Shown here piece by piece: positions 12,601 to 25,560 of a stretch of DNA of 64,000 nucleotides (its first letter is position 1; each line of letters begins with the position of its first letter). This stretch comes from Octopus sinensis. Lineage: Eukaryota. A model generated the notes under the pieces. That model was given only the letters and a program-made list of their open reading frames with translations. It was not told the origin of the DNA and searched no databases. The DNA lies in NCBI RefSeq assembly GCF_006345805.1, contig NC_042999.1:112096001-112160000 (forward strand), in the 5' to 3' direction. A program made the position numbers and the translations under genes.

Positions 12601-13114
12601 CACAAAATGTTTTTACTTCACAACCACCCCTATGCCTATATTTCCTTTCTCCTTTTATAGAAAAAAATACGAACTAAAATGGAAGTGTATGAACATGATG
12701 TGGTCTACTGATCGATTTAGGAGGGCAATAGCTCTGAATAATAAGTGATTCATATCAGAATAACCTGTCCAACCAACGCATGCTATTAAAAAAGCAAGAA
12801 TGATCTGACGATGATAATGATGATCATGATCATGATCAAGATCATGATGATAATGATGACTGTTTTGGTGCATACACAAACAGTTATCCTGCTTCATCTT
12901 TGCAATGCTTAGAATTTTTATAGACTCCTGTCACATTAGTTTTGTGAGCTCAATGGAGTTTCATAGGCAGTCTCTATTTTAAATTGTCAGTGCTTTGTAA
13001 TAATCTTGGAATTGATGGAACTCTAGTCACACGATGAACAGGATCTCAGAATGCAAGGAGTTAAATTAGATTTTGCATGAGACCTCATTTGATGTCACAA
13101 AATTTCCACTATCC

Positions 13115-13240
13115 AGGAGATTGGTAATTTATTTATTGACCCTCACCAACAAGATGAAAGGCAAAAATCAACTTTGGTGGCATTTGAACTCAAAAGCAGA
13201 GCGAACTAACACAAACACCACAAGGTATTCTATTTAACAC
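13115..13240 (-). mobile_element. SINE family A, decayed
   Basis: ttatttattgaccc...gatgaaaggcaaaaatcaactttggtggcatttgaactc. Confidence 0.7.
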
Positions 13241-13376
13241 TTTAATGATTCTGCAAATTCACACTCTTATTTACATGTACACATGCGTGTGTGTGTGTGT
13301 GTATCTGTGTGTGTGTGTTTGTCTGTCTGTCTGTGTATGTATTAATGTATGTGTGTATGCATAGACACACACTTGC

Positions 13377-13412
<36 letters not shown>

Positions 13413-14374
13413 CAATGAGTAAAAAAGTGGAAGACAGCTTATCTGAAGATCTTTTAAATTCAAAATATTCAAACTACCAAAACACCAAAAATAATAATAC
13501 ATAAGGGTCCAATTCAGTTCAAAGCATGCATTTATGCACTAAAATATTATGATTCATGAATGAGTGAACAAATAAATAAAGCTTATGCGATATTGTACAT
13601 GCTTCAAGCTAAACACTCATAGTACTGGACAATGGTTGTATAAATAACAAATTTGTTTTGTTTTTTGTTGAATTTTTTTAATCAGTGTAGTTACTTTTCA
13701 AGGCTACAAAGTAGAAATCAACAAATATTTTAGGTAAAGCATTTGTACCAGGCAGAGTTCAGCTGAGATTTTATCAGAATAGTGATAGTATTAAAAAAAT
13801 GAAAGAAAACAATGTTGTCAAAAGAACTGTTTCTAGTTAATAATAAATATGAAAAATTGTGATGCAGTTTGATAACCTTTATACCTGAAAGGATTGGAAA
13901 TAGAAACATTTTGGATATTTTGGGGTTTCTTTTGAATTTCTGGGTCAATTTTTGTAGTATCAATAAACATCAATAAGTTCTTCTTTATCTTTGCACTAAT
14001 ACCCTTAAGAATATCTGCAGGTTTCCTTCAACATTTTCAACATAAACAAGAGTACAACACACTAGGCAAGTAAAGCACATATGAAAGTGTTGCTATCAAG
14101 GCTTCTGCCAACAAATCTGCAATGACTTAAATGGATTAGACAAGTCCAAGCCAAGGCAGGTGGGATCATTCAAAACTCATTACCCTCAAGAGTTGTACCT
14201 TGCTCAGAAATATTCCAAGTGCTTTGTGTAATTTTTACACTTGTGACCCTTCCAAATTCTTTTGGGATTTATAAATATATATTGATTAACCTATACTATC
14301 AAAACTATTCACTAGATAAAACTAGCTAACCACTTCTAAATTTACAGAATATCATCACTGTCATTATTTTTACG

Positions 14375-14770
14375 TCTACTTTTCTGTACTTGCATGGGTT
14401 GGGTGGGCACTTCCAAACACTGCATCTCACTGTTCATTGTATTTCTTTGTCACTCTGTTTGTCAGCTTTCATCACTTCTACCAATGTCTTCCTAGGTCTT
14501 TTACTTCCACATTTTCTTCCTACTTCAATCTTTGGGCACTTCTTTATCCATCAATTATCATCCATGTTACATTAAATATCTATGCCATCATAGTCTCCTC
14601 CTCTCTTGCACACTAAATTTGATTCCTCTTATACCCAGCTTATCTTTCAATCAGTCTGTACCATGTCCTTCATGCACACCAACATCCTGTGGAGCATGCA
14701 TGCATCATTTCACTTCAGCCTTTGCATATCCTTTTTGTTCAGTACCCACATCTCACTTTTCATGCAGCAC
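14375..14770 (-). mobile_element. RTE-clade LINE C-terminal relic
   Basis: Reverse reads KLGIRGIKFSVQERR...WIKKCPKIEV...RPRKTLVEVMKAD. Confidence 0.8.
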
Positions 14771-14843
14771 TACACTGAATATCAAATTCAGCATTAAAAT
14801 TTTGTGTATTAAATTATATATATATATATATATATATATAATA

Positions 14844-16080
14844 GTATTAGGGAGTATATCCAAACTTACAGGGAAAAATTAGATTTAGTATTAAATCAAA
14901 TTTCACAGTATAAATATAAATTAAATTAGAGATAAAACCACAATTAGGCAACTCAAACAGTGATAGACATAAACCAAAACATAAAAAAACAAAAAATAAA
15001 TATAACTAATATAATATACAGTATATATATATAATATAAAATTTAAAATTTAAATTATTAAAATTTAAAATTTTTAAATTTATATTTATAAATTTTTATA
15101 TTTTTATATTTTTAATTTTTAATTTTTAAACTTTTAAACCTTTTTTAACCAGAGATAAGGAAACCATGATGGTCCTCTGGTGGACATTCGTCCTCAGCCG
15201 CCTGGATTACTGCTCACAGCTATGGTCACCCACCAGTGTAAAATTAACAGCGGACCTTGAAGCAATCCAGAGAAGATTCACAAAGAAGATCGTCTCTTTG
15301 GAACAGCTCAGCTACTGGGAAAGGTTGAAACAGCTAAGACTCTACTCCCTGGAGAGAAGACGGGAGAGGTATGCAGTAATATATGTCTGGAAGATCCTGG
15401 AAGGAATTGTGCCAAATTTTGGCATTGTAAGCTACACCAATGCTAGAACGGGACGACACTGCATAGTGCCAAAGATCCCAGCAATGCCATCACACTTCAG
15501 GACCAGCTTTTTAATATTCTCCCAAAGAGTCTGAGGAACTTGCACAAAGTAGATGTAGCGGTTTTTAAATCAAAGCTGGACATCTTCCTGTCAAGAGTCC
15601 CATATGAACCTACCTCACGGCAAGAGGTGCAAATGAGAGTAGCTATATCAAACTCCATTCTTCACCAAGTGCCACATATTAGACGAGGTCTGTCGTAATA
15701 ACAGTGTAGCACAAAACGGCAGTGCGTCAGCATGGCCGCAGCTCTGAGCTGAAACTAGAAAAAAAAAGTATAAAAAAGTTAAATATAATATAATATAGTT
15801 ATTATACTTATTATATTATATTTAACTTTTTTATACTTTTTGGTTAGTTAAAAAAAGTTTAAAAGTTTAAAAATTTCAAATTAAAAATATAAAAATATAA
15901 AAATTTATAAATATAAATTTAAAAATTTCAAATTTTAATAATTTAAATTTTAAATTTTATATTATATACATATATTGTATATTATGTTAATTATATTTAT
16001 TTTTTGTTTTTTATATTTTGGTTTATGTCTATCACTGTTTGAGTTGCCTAATAGTGGTTTTATCTCTAATTTAATTTTCA
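14844..16080. mobile_element. AT-rich palindromic element in a (TA)n tract, left arm interrupted by CR1
   Basis: 14918-15151 is the reverse complement of 15841-16077 (approx. 95% by eye); 15763-15792 is a perfect 30-bp reverse complement of 15812-15841; (TA)n on both outer sides. Confidence 0.85.
15148..15762 (+). mobile_element. CR1-clade LINE, 5'-truncated 3' fragment
   Basis: ORF 15166-15534: LSRLDYCSQLWSP...LEAIQRRFTKKI...LSYWERLKQLRLYSLERRRERYAVIYVWKILEGIVPN; A-rich 3' end. Confidence 0.9.
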
Positions 16081-16098
16081 TATATATATATATATATA

Positions 16099-16991
16099 TG
16101 CGGGGGGTACCCAAAAGTAACCAGAAACCTTCTCTGAGGGACAAACCTGTTGTAGTTCAGGTTTCCACAGTTAAAAGCCACTTGATACGATCCCCAGGCA
16201 TCAGTCTACTGACCAGCATCATCGTGTGAAGTTGTACTGTCACATGGTGCATCGTTGTTTTGCAGTGCTTCACTGTTGATTTTTGTGATGGCTGGAATGA
16301 AGGAAGAGTGTGCTTCTGGGCAATTCTGTTTTCTGCTGGGTAAAACAGCAGCTGAAACAGTTGTCCTGTTTCAAACAGCCAATAAGGATGCTGTCATGAT
16401 CAGAGCACAAGTTTACAAATGGTTTCCATGCTTTAGGAATGGTCACTTGTTGCTTGAAGACCTACTTCATTCAGAACAACCATCAACCTCCCAAACAAAT
16501 GAAAACATCATGAAAATTCATGCAATGATCTTGGAGAACTATTACTGAACAATTGACAAACTTGTTGATATGACTGGTGTGTCCTGGAGCTTGTGCCAAA
16601 AATTTTGAGTGAGAAATTGTGAATGAAAAGAGTTGCAGCAAAATTTGTGTCTCACTTACTCAAGGAACATCAAAAACGGTCATGACTGAATGAGTGTTGT
16701 GAACTGAGAGTACAGATAAAAGTTGATCTGGACCTTTTTTTTGGAGGTTATCCTTGGTGATGAAAGCTAGTGCAACAGAATTTGCAGATGTGGAAGGGAT
16801 GAAAAACAAAAACAATGGAGGGGCATAAAGGCATCACTTTGCAAGAGTTCTACCACTGCTTCCAACAGTGGAAAACACATCTGGACCGATGCATTGCTTC
16901 AAATGGAGAATACTTTGAAAGCAATAAAAATGTATAAGTAAGTGAATGAAACAGTATTGCAAAATTCTGGTTTCTTTTGGGTAGCCCCTTG
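16099..16991 (+). mobile_element. Mariner (Tc1/mariner) relic, internally deleted, with TIRs
   Basis: TIRs ggggtacccaaaagtaaccagaa / ttctggtttcttttgggtagcccc; FCFLLGKTAAET...QVYKWF, MKRVAAKFV, GDES, RCIASNGEYFE; inserted at TA. Confidence 0.9.
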
Positions 16992-17734
16992 GATATTGTA
17001 TCATTTATAGTAAGGGAGCTGGCACAAAATATGCAGGTAAGAATAAAATTTTAACCAGTGAAGTATGTATAATTAAGAAAATGCTTTCCCTGCTGGACAT
17101 CCATCTTTACAACTACCATTCAAAAAGAAGCACACCTCAGCAACTAACTGTCAGGCTCTCCATACATAATATTAGATTCTTTACTTTGTATTTTAAAAGG
17201 TTTTGCCACAAAGCTATGTCTTATTTTTATATATTTTCAATTCTTTTCTCCATAGATCACTATGGCAAACAATTCAAAAAGAGAAAAATACAATAAAAAT
17301 ACACACAAACAAACTTGAGGAGGCAGAGAGAGAAATTTATGTTCATTTTTTTTAAAGAAAGTATTTATATTATAAAAATTCATTCAATCATTCTTGTTAC
17401 TTGTTCCTGTTTTCTGACAGCTCACTTCTCATCTCACACAAGCAAGCACAAATACTCAAACAAATACAATTACACACACACACACACATGCACACACATA
17501 TACATCACACACAAATACAGCCACATACTTACATGTATTGAAAGGCATATGCTACCACATGTATATTCACAAGTCTGACTGTGAGAACTACTGTGAATGC
17601 ATATCGTTTTTACATATACATATGGTTGCATCTGTATATATATATATATATGTATGACTCAACAGATAATGTGTGTATACAGTTTATCATGAACAACTCC
17701 CATGTGTGCATGAGTGTTTGTGTGTGTGTGTCTG

Positions 17735-17770
<36 letters not shown>

Positions 17771-17920
17771 AAATAAAATACAGAAGGGTATTCAAATACC
17801 ACTTGCTATAAACAGAGCTGTCGCTCTAAACAACAATTTACTCACTATAAAAATACAGAGGTTGTGGCCATTCTTGAGCACTACCATTGGTGTGATTGCT
17901 AAGTTATTTCATACAAGTAC

Positions 17921-18336
17921 AAGCATGGCTGTGTAGTAAGAATTTTGCCTCTCAACCATAAGGTTCTGTCTTCCATCTTACTTCACTTCATTTAGGAATG
18001 GTCACTTGTTGCTAGAGTCTTCTACTATAGTTTCAGGTTGACCAAAGCCTTGTGAGTGGATTTGGTAAATAGAAACTGAAAGAAGCCTGTCATATATATA
18101 AATGTGTGCGTGTGTGTGTGTCTTTGTATTTTTGTGTCCCCCACCACTGCTTAACAACTGGTGTTGGTGTATTTATGTCCCTATAACTGAGCAGTTTGGC
18201 AAAATGACTGATAGACTAAATACCAGGTTTCAAAAATAATAAGTACTGGAGTTGATTCATTCAACTAAAATTCTTTAAGATAGTGCTCCAGCATGGCCAC
18301 AGTCTAATGACTGAAACAAGTAAAAGACAAAAGATA
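17921..18336 (+). mobile_element. SINE family B, full length
   Basis: gcatggctgtgtagtaagaa...gaaactgaaagaagcctgtc...cagcatggccacagtctaatgactgaaacaagtaaaagacaaaaga. Confidence 0.9.
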
Positions 18337-18547
18337 CATATATGGTTCAGCTAACGCACACACATATATGGAAAAATTAGCATAAAAATGGCAACAATGA
18401 CAATGTAGCTTGCTGTGAAGGAATTGAGGATTAAAATTTTGGGGAAAACATTTGAAAAATAACTGGTGTATTTTATGGAATACTTTCAAGCTCTTCATTT
18501 CTATTGCAACCAAGCAGCAAAATGGCTGTGTTAATAGGATACTGCAC

Positions 18548-18730
18548 ACAATACTTCATTGACGCAAGGCTATAGTAGAACACACTTGCCCAAGGTGCTG
18601 TGCAGTGTGACTGAATCTGGAACCATGTGATTGGGAAGCAAGCTTCACACAGCCACACCTGCACCTATTGATGACTTTTACTTTTATTTGTTTCAGCCAG
18701 AGGCTGTGGCCATTCTTGAACACTACTATT
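18548..18730 (-). mobile_element. SINE family B head (18548-18665) plus a separate reverse tail piece
   Basis: aaggctatagtagaacacacttgcccaaggtg...cacagccacacctgc; cttttatttgtttcagcc..aggctgtggccat. Confidence 0.8.
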
Positions 18731-19279
18731 GGTGTGATTGCTAAGTTATTTCATTTCTCTTCCACAGCCCTGCCTCCATATTTGGTTCTGGTTTCAGAGT
18801 TACAAAATCCGTGATTGTATGACACTGTTTTCTATATATTGAAAGAGAAGTAAACTGCTGCCATGCCTGGAGATTCAATACACCACCAAGGAGATACAAA
18901 ACTGATTGAAACCACATGGTGTGGTGGTCTCAAAGCAAGGGTGGCAGGATTTATCTCCCACTTGCAATAAATATACATATATATATATATACATACATTT
19001 TCAGGGGTGTTTTGTTTTTCCCATTTCATTGTTGTCCTAAAAGCAGCTACACTTCCCTTGGGAATTGTGAGTGCTTTGGGACTGTTTTTAATTGAATTAT
19101 TTGGTGCCTCTAAAGTGGCAAAAATCTATGGGTATTTATCATAAAAGAGAATCCATTACATCTTTTAAGAAGTCAAGATACCTTTGTATATTGAAAGAGA
19201 GCCTCATCATGCCTGATTGCTGGAAGGTGATGGTGGGGTACTTCCTGCATTGAGTGCTACATATCTTTCCCAGCAGCCA

Positions 19280-19340
19280 CCCCCCAATACCTAGATGCCC
19301 AGGGCAATTGCCCCTCCACACCCCTATAAATCCAGCCCTG
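19280..19340. mobile_element. Possible DNA-transposon/MITE terminus
   Basis: GC-rich end cagggcaattgcccctccacacccctataaatccagccctg with gggcaattgccc palindrome; partner end not found. Confidence 0.35.
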
Positions 19341-21926
19341 GTTACAAACAAACATTAACTAGTAAATTTCAGTGTTATCATATTTAATTTTACAATGACT
19401 CAGCTTTCAAATACATAGCATAAGAGTTAGTTGATTGAGGAGTTTTAATTAATAATCTAACAGAATTTGGGAAAAGCGGTAAGTCAATGAAATTGATATT
19501 CTATTGGCTATTTTATTTTATTGACCTCCAGAAGAATGAAATTATTGTGTCACAAGAATCGATAAAAAAAGATGAGGATGAAAAAGGTATCATTGCTACG
19601 GCATGCCAAAGCAACTGGAAATGAATATTGTTTAGAATGTTGATATTAAACCCTCTCATACAAGCAGAAGTTAATGCATGTATTATTACATGCTGGAAGC
19701 TGAAGAAAAATAGAGTCTACATTCTTTAACAGAATATAGATTTTGCCTTCAATAAGCTTTTAATATCAATTAGCAGGCCTGAACATTTTTTAATATCAAA
19801 AAGAATATAAAGCAATGTTCTTAATGCTTTGGTTCAAACAGAATAAATACTATGTTAAATTATACAAATATAGATAATAGATTTTCACATATGAAATATA
19901 ATTTGAGAGTGAAATGGGAACATTACTTGTTTGGTTACTGATAGGAAAAGGGAGGAACTTTTATAAAGCTCAGAAAATTAATGTCAGTCAGACCTTTACA
20001 AGAATTAAATAATATGGAAAAGAAAGTAAATATGATAAAAACTATTTGTTTTTTTAACTATCACAGCATAATAAATGATTCTTCTAAAATTGGTCTAAGA
20101 ACTTTTACCAAATCTTTATTGCTGAAATACAGAAATTAACTATGCAAACAACAAAATATAGTTCCACCACAGCTTTTACCATTTTATAAATACTGATTTA
20201 TGTTGCATAAGCAAAAGCAACTTGTGTTGTGATAATCTTTATTGGTGAAAGAAACTGAGAGAAGTTTTATTTATTTATTTATTTATTTATTTATGTATTT
20301 ATTTATTTATTTAAGAATGTATTTGGTTTGGTTTTACACCAAGTCACCAGGAATTTGTTTAGTATGGATGTTGTTGGTTTAGCCAGGATGTAAAAGCAAC
20401 AAAAACAAAGCTAAATATTTGTGCAACTTTACTGTCAAAGGTATCTCCAAATGGTTGCAGTTGGTTGATGCCTTGTTGAACAATGCCACCCAGAGAAACA
20501 GGTGTTTATCTTGATATCTGTGGCACAGTAACTTTAGAAAGGGAAATAAACTGTTAGAATTTATTTTAGGCTTCTTGGGTTGCCATTTAAATCTCATACA
20601 TATAAGATTCTTACTCTTCTGATTAGTGGTATGAGGGTGTAAAAGGGTACAATGTCAACTTAGAAAAAAAAATGGGTCACATGTTTCTTTAAACTGACAA
20701 TCAAATCTAATGTTTGTATTCTTTTCAACCCCTACTCTTTGAACAGTGTTACTATTCTACAGAATAGAATTCAACTAGAATTCAGAACACTTATCACGAG
20801 AGTAAATAAAACATACAAAGTAAGCATTAAAATCTAGACTATATAATCTGCTGAGTTTATAGTTGGCTTCTAAATATACAAGCAATTATTGCTGTATAAC
20901 ACATCTACTTAACCAGAACGTAATGGAACTTCTATATGATTATTTGATCTACCTATTTAAGAACAAAATTTTGATGATCTATAAAAATTGGTGAATCACA
21001 GTTAATTAACAAGCAACAATAATTATAAGGCTGTATTATTGCTATTAAGGATGAGTAGCTCTGCTTGAAAAGATATTTTTAAAGAAGAATATTATGCAAT
21101 TTATATTTCAATTTTTCTTCTTTTTTTTTTTCAGGGTAGAATCAACATTAAATAGATCTCTCTGATCACTTACCTTGTCTGATTTCAACTAAAGAAATAA
21201 AAATCTTTGTTGTACTTTCATTGTTCCACTTTGTTTATAAAGTGTTTTTTTTCCTCAAATTTTGATTTCCATAACTTTTTTTTACCTCTAATTTTCAAAA
21301 AGTCACCATTGATATATCATTAGTGATTTAATATAAACTTTCTAACATTGGAATATATATTAGAGTTTAAGCAACATCATATTTTAAGTCATTCTTCTTC
21401 TATGATATACCTTCCTAAGACAATTCTCATATATACCCTTGAACTAATCTTTAACTTTCCATCAGTTTATGGTACATATTTATACAACATGCATCACTAA
21501 TATGCATATTGATTTCTTCCTCTGTTCTGTTCTTACACCACTTTCAAATTGCCACCATCATTATAACCACTGCCACTACAACTGATACTTAGAAGAATGT
21601 AACCTACTGAAATTAAAGAAATAAATGCATAAGCTTTTTCATACTCACCCGCTTAATGTCACATTGGTTCTGTCATACAAAAATGATCTGCTTTAATTTG
21701 TCTGTAAGTGTATATAAGAACCCCTTAATTAAGCTATATTCAATATATTGGCAATTAGTTATTTAACTTACTCCCTCAAAATTCTTGATTATTCTAAAAA
21801 ATTTTCTGAAACATGCAGAGACTGTATGATCACAGAGGTGTTAATTACTTCAAAAGAATAGAATTTGTTGAATATCTGAAAGAATAATATATTCATTCAA
21901 CAGATAAAATAATATAAATTTCAGTC

Positions 21927-22141
21927 TAATGCAGTGAGCTGGTAGAATCATTAGAATGCCTGGCAAAATGCTTAGCAGTATTTCGTCTGTTTTTACATTC
22001 TGGGATCAAATTCCGTTGAGGCTGATTTTGACTTTTATCCTTTCAGGGTCAATAAAATAAGTACCAGTTGAACACCAGGGTTGATGTAATTGACTTATCC
22101 CCTCCTTGAAACTACTGGCCTTGAGCCAAAATTTGGAATCC
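21927..22141 (+). mobile_element. SINE family A, full length (tail type i)
   Basis: gcagtgagctggtagaatcattag...ttttatcctttcagggtcaataaaataagtacc...actggccttgagccaaaatttggaatc. Confidence 0.85.
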
Positions 22142-23404
22142 ATATGAATTTCAGCCTACTTAACTTTGTAGCAGAATAACAGCAGAAGTCCTTAATATAT
22201 TACTCTTACATGTGTGTGTGACATTTCTACAACTAAATAAATTAAGACAGTAATGACTTCCTTCTTACTTGTTTTTGTAAGGAAATATCCAGTCAACAGA
22301 TGAAGAACTATAAATCTCAGGCAGCTACCTTTATTAGTGGCAGAAATAACAGTAAAAATCCTTAACTTTGATCATTGCCCTATATATGTGCAACACATCC
22401 GCAACTGAACAAATGCACTAACAGAGCAATGACTTCCTTCTGCATTGTTTTTGTAAGTAAAACTTCCTTGGAGTCTGAGTTGATTACAGTATTACCTCAT
22501 ACATAATCTTCTGACTGAAAGTTAATTCCCAGCTTGTCCTTTGCTAAAACAGTTATTTTGTTTCTGTCTGGTTAAAAGAAACCAGATGAAGGCAATAAGA
22601 AATGAACAAATAATTTAACTAGGTTTTTCAGTCTAATGTTTCATAATAGGCTTGTTTAGATAAGGCTAACATTTTCATTCCATATTTAATTTTTAGCTAT
22701 AAATCCTGCATGCTTGAAGAGGCAGTGTAAACACTGGCTACAGAGATATTCAAAATTGAACAGAAGGTCAGTCCTGATGCAGTCATTTGGGATGCATTTG
22801 CTAAGGCAGTGGGAAATATTCAAAACTCTCTCTCTCTCGCTCTCTCTCTCTCCACTCCTCCCTTTTTTTCTATCTCTTTTCTTCCTCTCTCATCTAAATA
22901 AATATTACATTTGGAAACTTAAGTACCAGATGTTGAAAACTTATTTGCTTTGCCAAGCTGAAAGAAGGAAACAAGTTTGAAACTAAAGATTTAATAACAT
23001 AAATATGTTACAAAATAAATTAGATTGATTTAAACTAAATATAACTAAATTTATTTCAGTATTCAATTTTATTTGTATTTTCTTGAAATTTTTTATAGTT
23101 CTAATATATTATTAAAACTTTTATTGCATGACATTTATTTTTTATCTTGATTTTTCTTTTGCACAGTTCAAAAAGTTTTTTTTTTAAATTAAGAATGAAT
23201 TGTTTACAGATTTAGGAAATAATGGTTAACAACTAATGCTTTGAAATATGGTTATTATTATTTTGATATTTAACAGAAGTAGAATATTCCAAAGCATCTT
23301 TTACTTCTCTTGGCTTAATGCACAATAAATTAATATTTCAAAATAAAGCATGTTACAAACTATAATATTAAGATAATAATCATACACAAATGTACACAGC
23401 TGCA

Positions 23405-23446
<42 letters not shown>

Positions 23447-24956
23447 CATGCAAGCACATGCATGCATACATAAACATACAAAGAGAGCATGCAAGAATGT
23501 TAATTACGTTTTATCTGCATAGAAACTTAACTTTAAACTGAACAATCTATTTTTAGTCCTTATCTACCAATAAACCATTTCATTAAGAGACAGATAACCA
23601 AAACAAAATAATGATTTACAGCGATGTATATTCATAAAGTGGAGTAAATATGAAAATGAGCTGTGTATGCCTTTCTTAAATGATTAGTGATATAAGTGAA
23701 GTGAAATGGCTCAACCAGGAAGAAAAATCATATCATGACTTTGATTCACTCCAATCTTACTTCCACTCTGCATTCCTTCCCAGAGGAAATTAAATGCTTT
23801 TTCCTTTTCTTTCTTACTTTTTTTTTTTTATATTTTTAACAAATAACATCATTGTTTCTTTATCTTAGGCAAGGTTTGAAGAGGAAAGAATAAAGAATAA
23901 TTTACTGAGTTTTTGATGGTTAAAAATTTTATTTAGATGTGGTTAAATGTCCTTATGGTGGTGGTGGTGGTTGCAACAATGGCAGTGGTGGTAGTGGTGA
24001 CAGTGGCAGTTAGCAGTGCAAAGGTGGTGGTGGTGGTGGTGGTAAGGAAGAAGAGGCAAGAAATTATTTTAATTTTTGATAAAATGTAGCATTCGAAATT
24101 TCAACAGGGAGAAGAAGAAAAGTTTATTCTTAATACTAATAATAATAATAATAGTAATAATAACAATAATAATAATAATAATGATTATAATAATAACAGC
24201 AGTATCTAACAAATAAAATTATATTCTGTTTTGTTAAGAAATCAAAAATTGTAAACTTTTAATATTATATAGGAAATTTTTGCTGCCACCAGAAAGATTT
24301 TAAAACAGTTGCCTTCAGCTTTCTGAGAGAGGGATCCTTCAATTCAAATTTAAAGATATTTAGATTCTCTTAAAATTTAGTCATCTATATTTTTGTGAAA
24401 ATCTTTACATTTCAAGTGAAAGAAAATGAGAGTGAATGGACACTCATAATAAAGAACAATAAATGTTATTCAAAACGTAAAAATAAAATCACTTCTACTT
24501 AAATAACAGGCAAACTTTGCCCATGATAAAATTACTTGATAAATAGAAATGTAAAAATCTCAGTTAAAGTTCTGCTAGAACAATTAAACAGTGCTTTTAA
24601 TAGTAGTCGTTTCAATGGCATTTTTCTGTTTTTGTTCTAAAAATCTTTACAGTTTTAAGTTTAGTGATCAGATCATAAACTCTAAAAATGCTTAGCCAGT
24701 AAAATAATAGATGACAAATTTGAACAACACATTAAAATGAACTGGTATTAGTTTTATACTAAGCACAATGGTATGAGTGTTGTTTGCTAAATGTATGGCA
24801 GGCATGATTAGATGACTTATCTTCACTAATCATAACAAATTTAACTTATCCATTTAGTGCTTCGTTCATAATTATTTTAGCATGTGTTTGTTTTTTTAAT
24901 GCAGATATAGATGTGCCATCAATATTTCATCTTTTTTTAATGCATCATAATAGCAT

Positions 24957-25296
24957 GTGAAGCCGCATGGCTCAGTGGTTAGAGTGTCGAGCTTACGATC
25001 GTGAGGTTGTGAGCTCAAATCCCAGACCAGGCTGCGTGTTGTGTTCATGAGAAAGACACTTTATTTCACGTTGCTCCAGTTCTCTCAACTGTAGAAATGA
25101 GTTGCAACGTCACAGGTGCCAAGCTGTATCAGCCATTTCCTTTCCCTTGGGTAACACTGGTGGTGTGGAGAGGGGAGGCCAGTATGCATGGGTGACTGCT
25201 GGTCTTCCATAAACAACCTTACCCAGACTTGTGCCTGGGAGGGTAACTTTCTAGGTGCAATCCCATGGTCTGTGTCGTGACCAAAGGGGGCCTCAG
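24957..25296 (+). mobile_element. SINE family D (tRNA-Arg-like head) with 10-bp TSD
   Basis: A-box tggctcagtgg, loop cttacga, B-box-like gagctcaaatcc; TSD ataatagcat at 24947-24956 and 25297-25306. Confidence 0.9.
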
Positions 25297-25352
25297 ATAA
25301 TAGCATCATACCTGAAAAGTACACATGATATGTCATAATATCAATTAGCTTT

Positions 25353-25560
25353 TAAGGTGGTGAGCTAACCCTAGTTGTTAGTACAAGAGGCAAAATGTTT
25401 AGTGTCATTTCATCCATCTTCACGTTTTGAGTTCAAATTCCACCAAGGTTGTCTTTGTCTTTCATCTTTGCAGGGTGGATAAAATAAGTACTAGATATGG
25501 TTGATGTTATCAACTTACCCATTGCCCCAAAATTGCTGGCCTTGGGCCAAAGTTTTAAAT
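25353..25560 (+). mobile_element. SINE family A (tail type i)
   Basis: aaggtggtgagct...gagttcaaattcc...aaattgctggccttgggccaaagtttt. Confidence 0.8.

Noticed and set aside
19532-19586. Exon-like KNEIIVSQESIKKDEDEK with acceptor and donor
   Set aside because: The acceptor and start derive from a decayed reverse SINE A core
24957-25030. tRNA-like sequence with ACG loop (also 53183-53260)
   Set aside because: No complete acceptor stem and it continues into a shared SINE body; SINE head, not a tRNA gene
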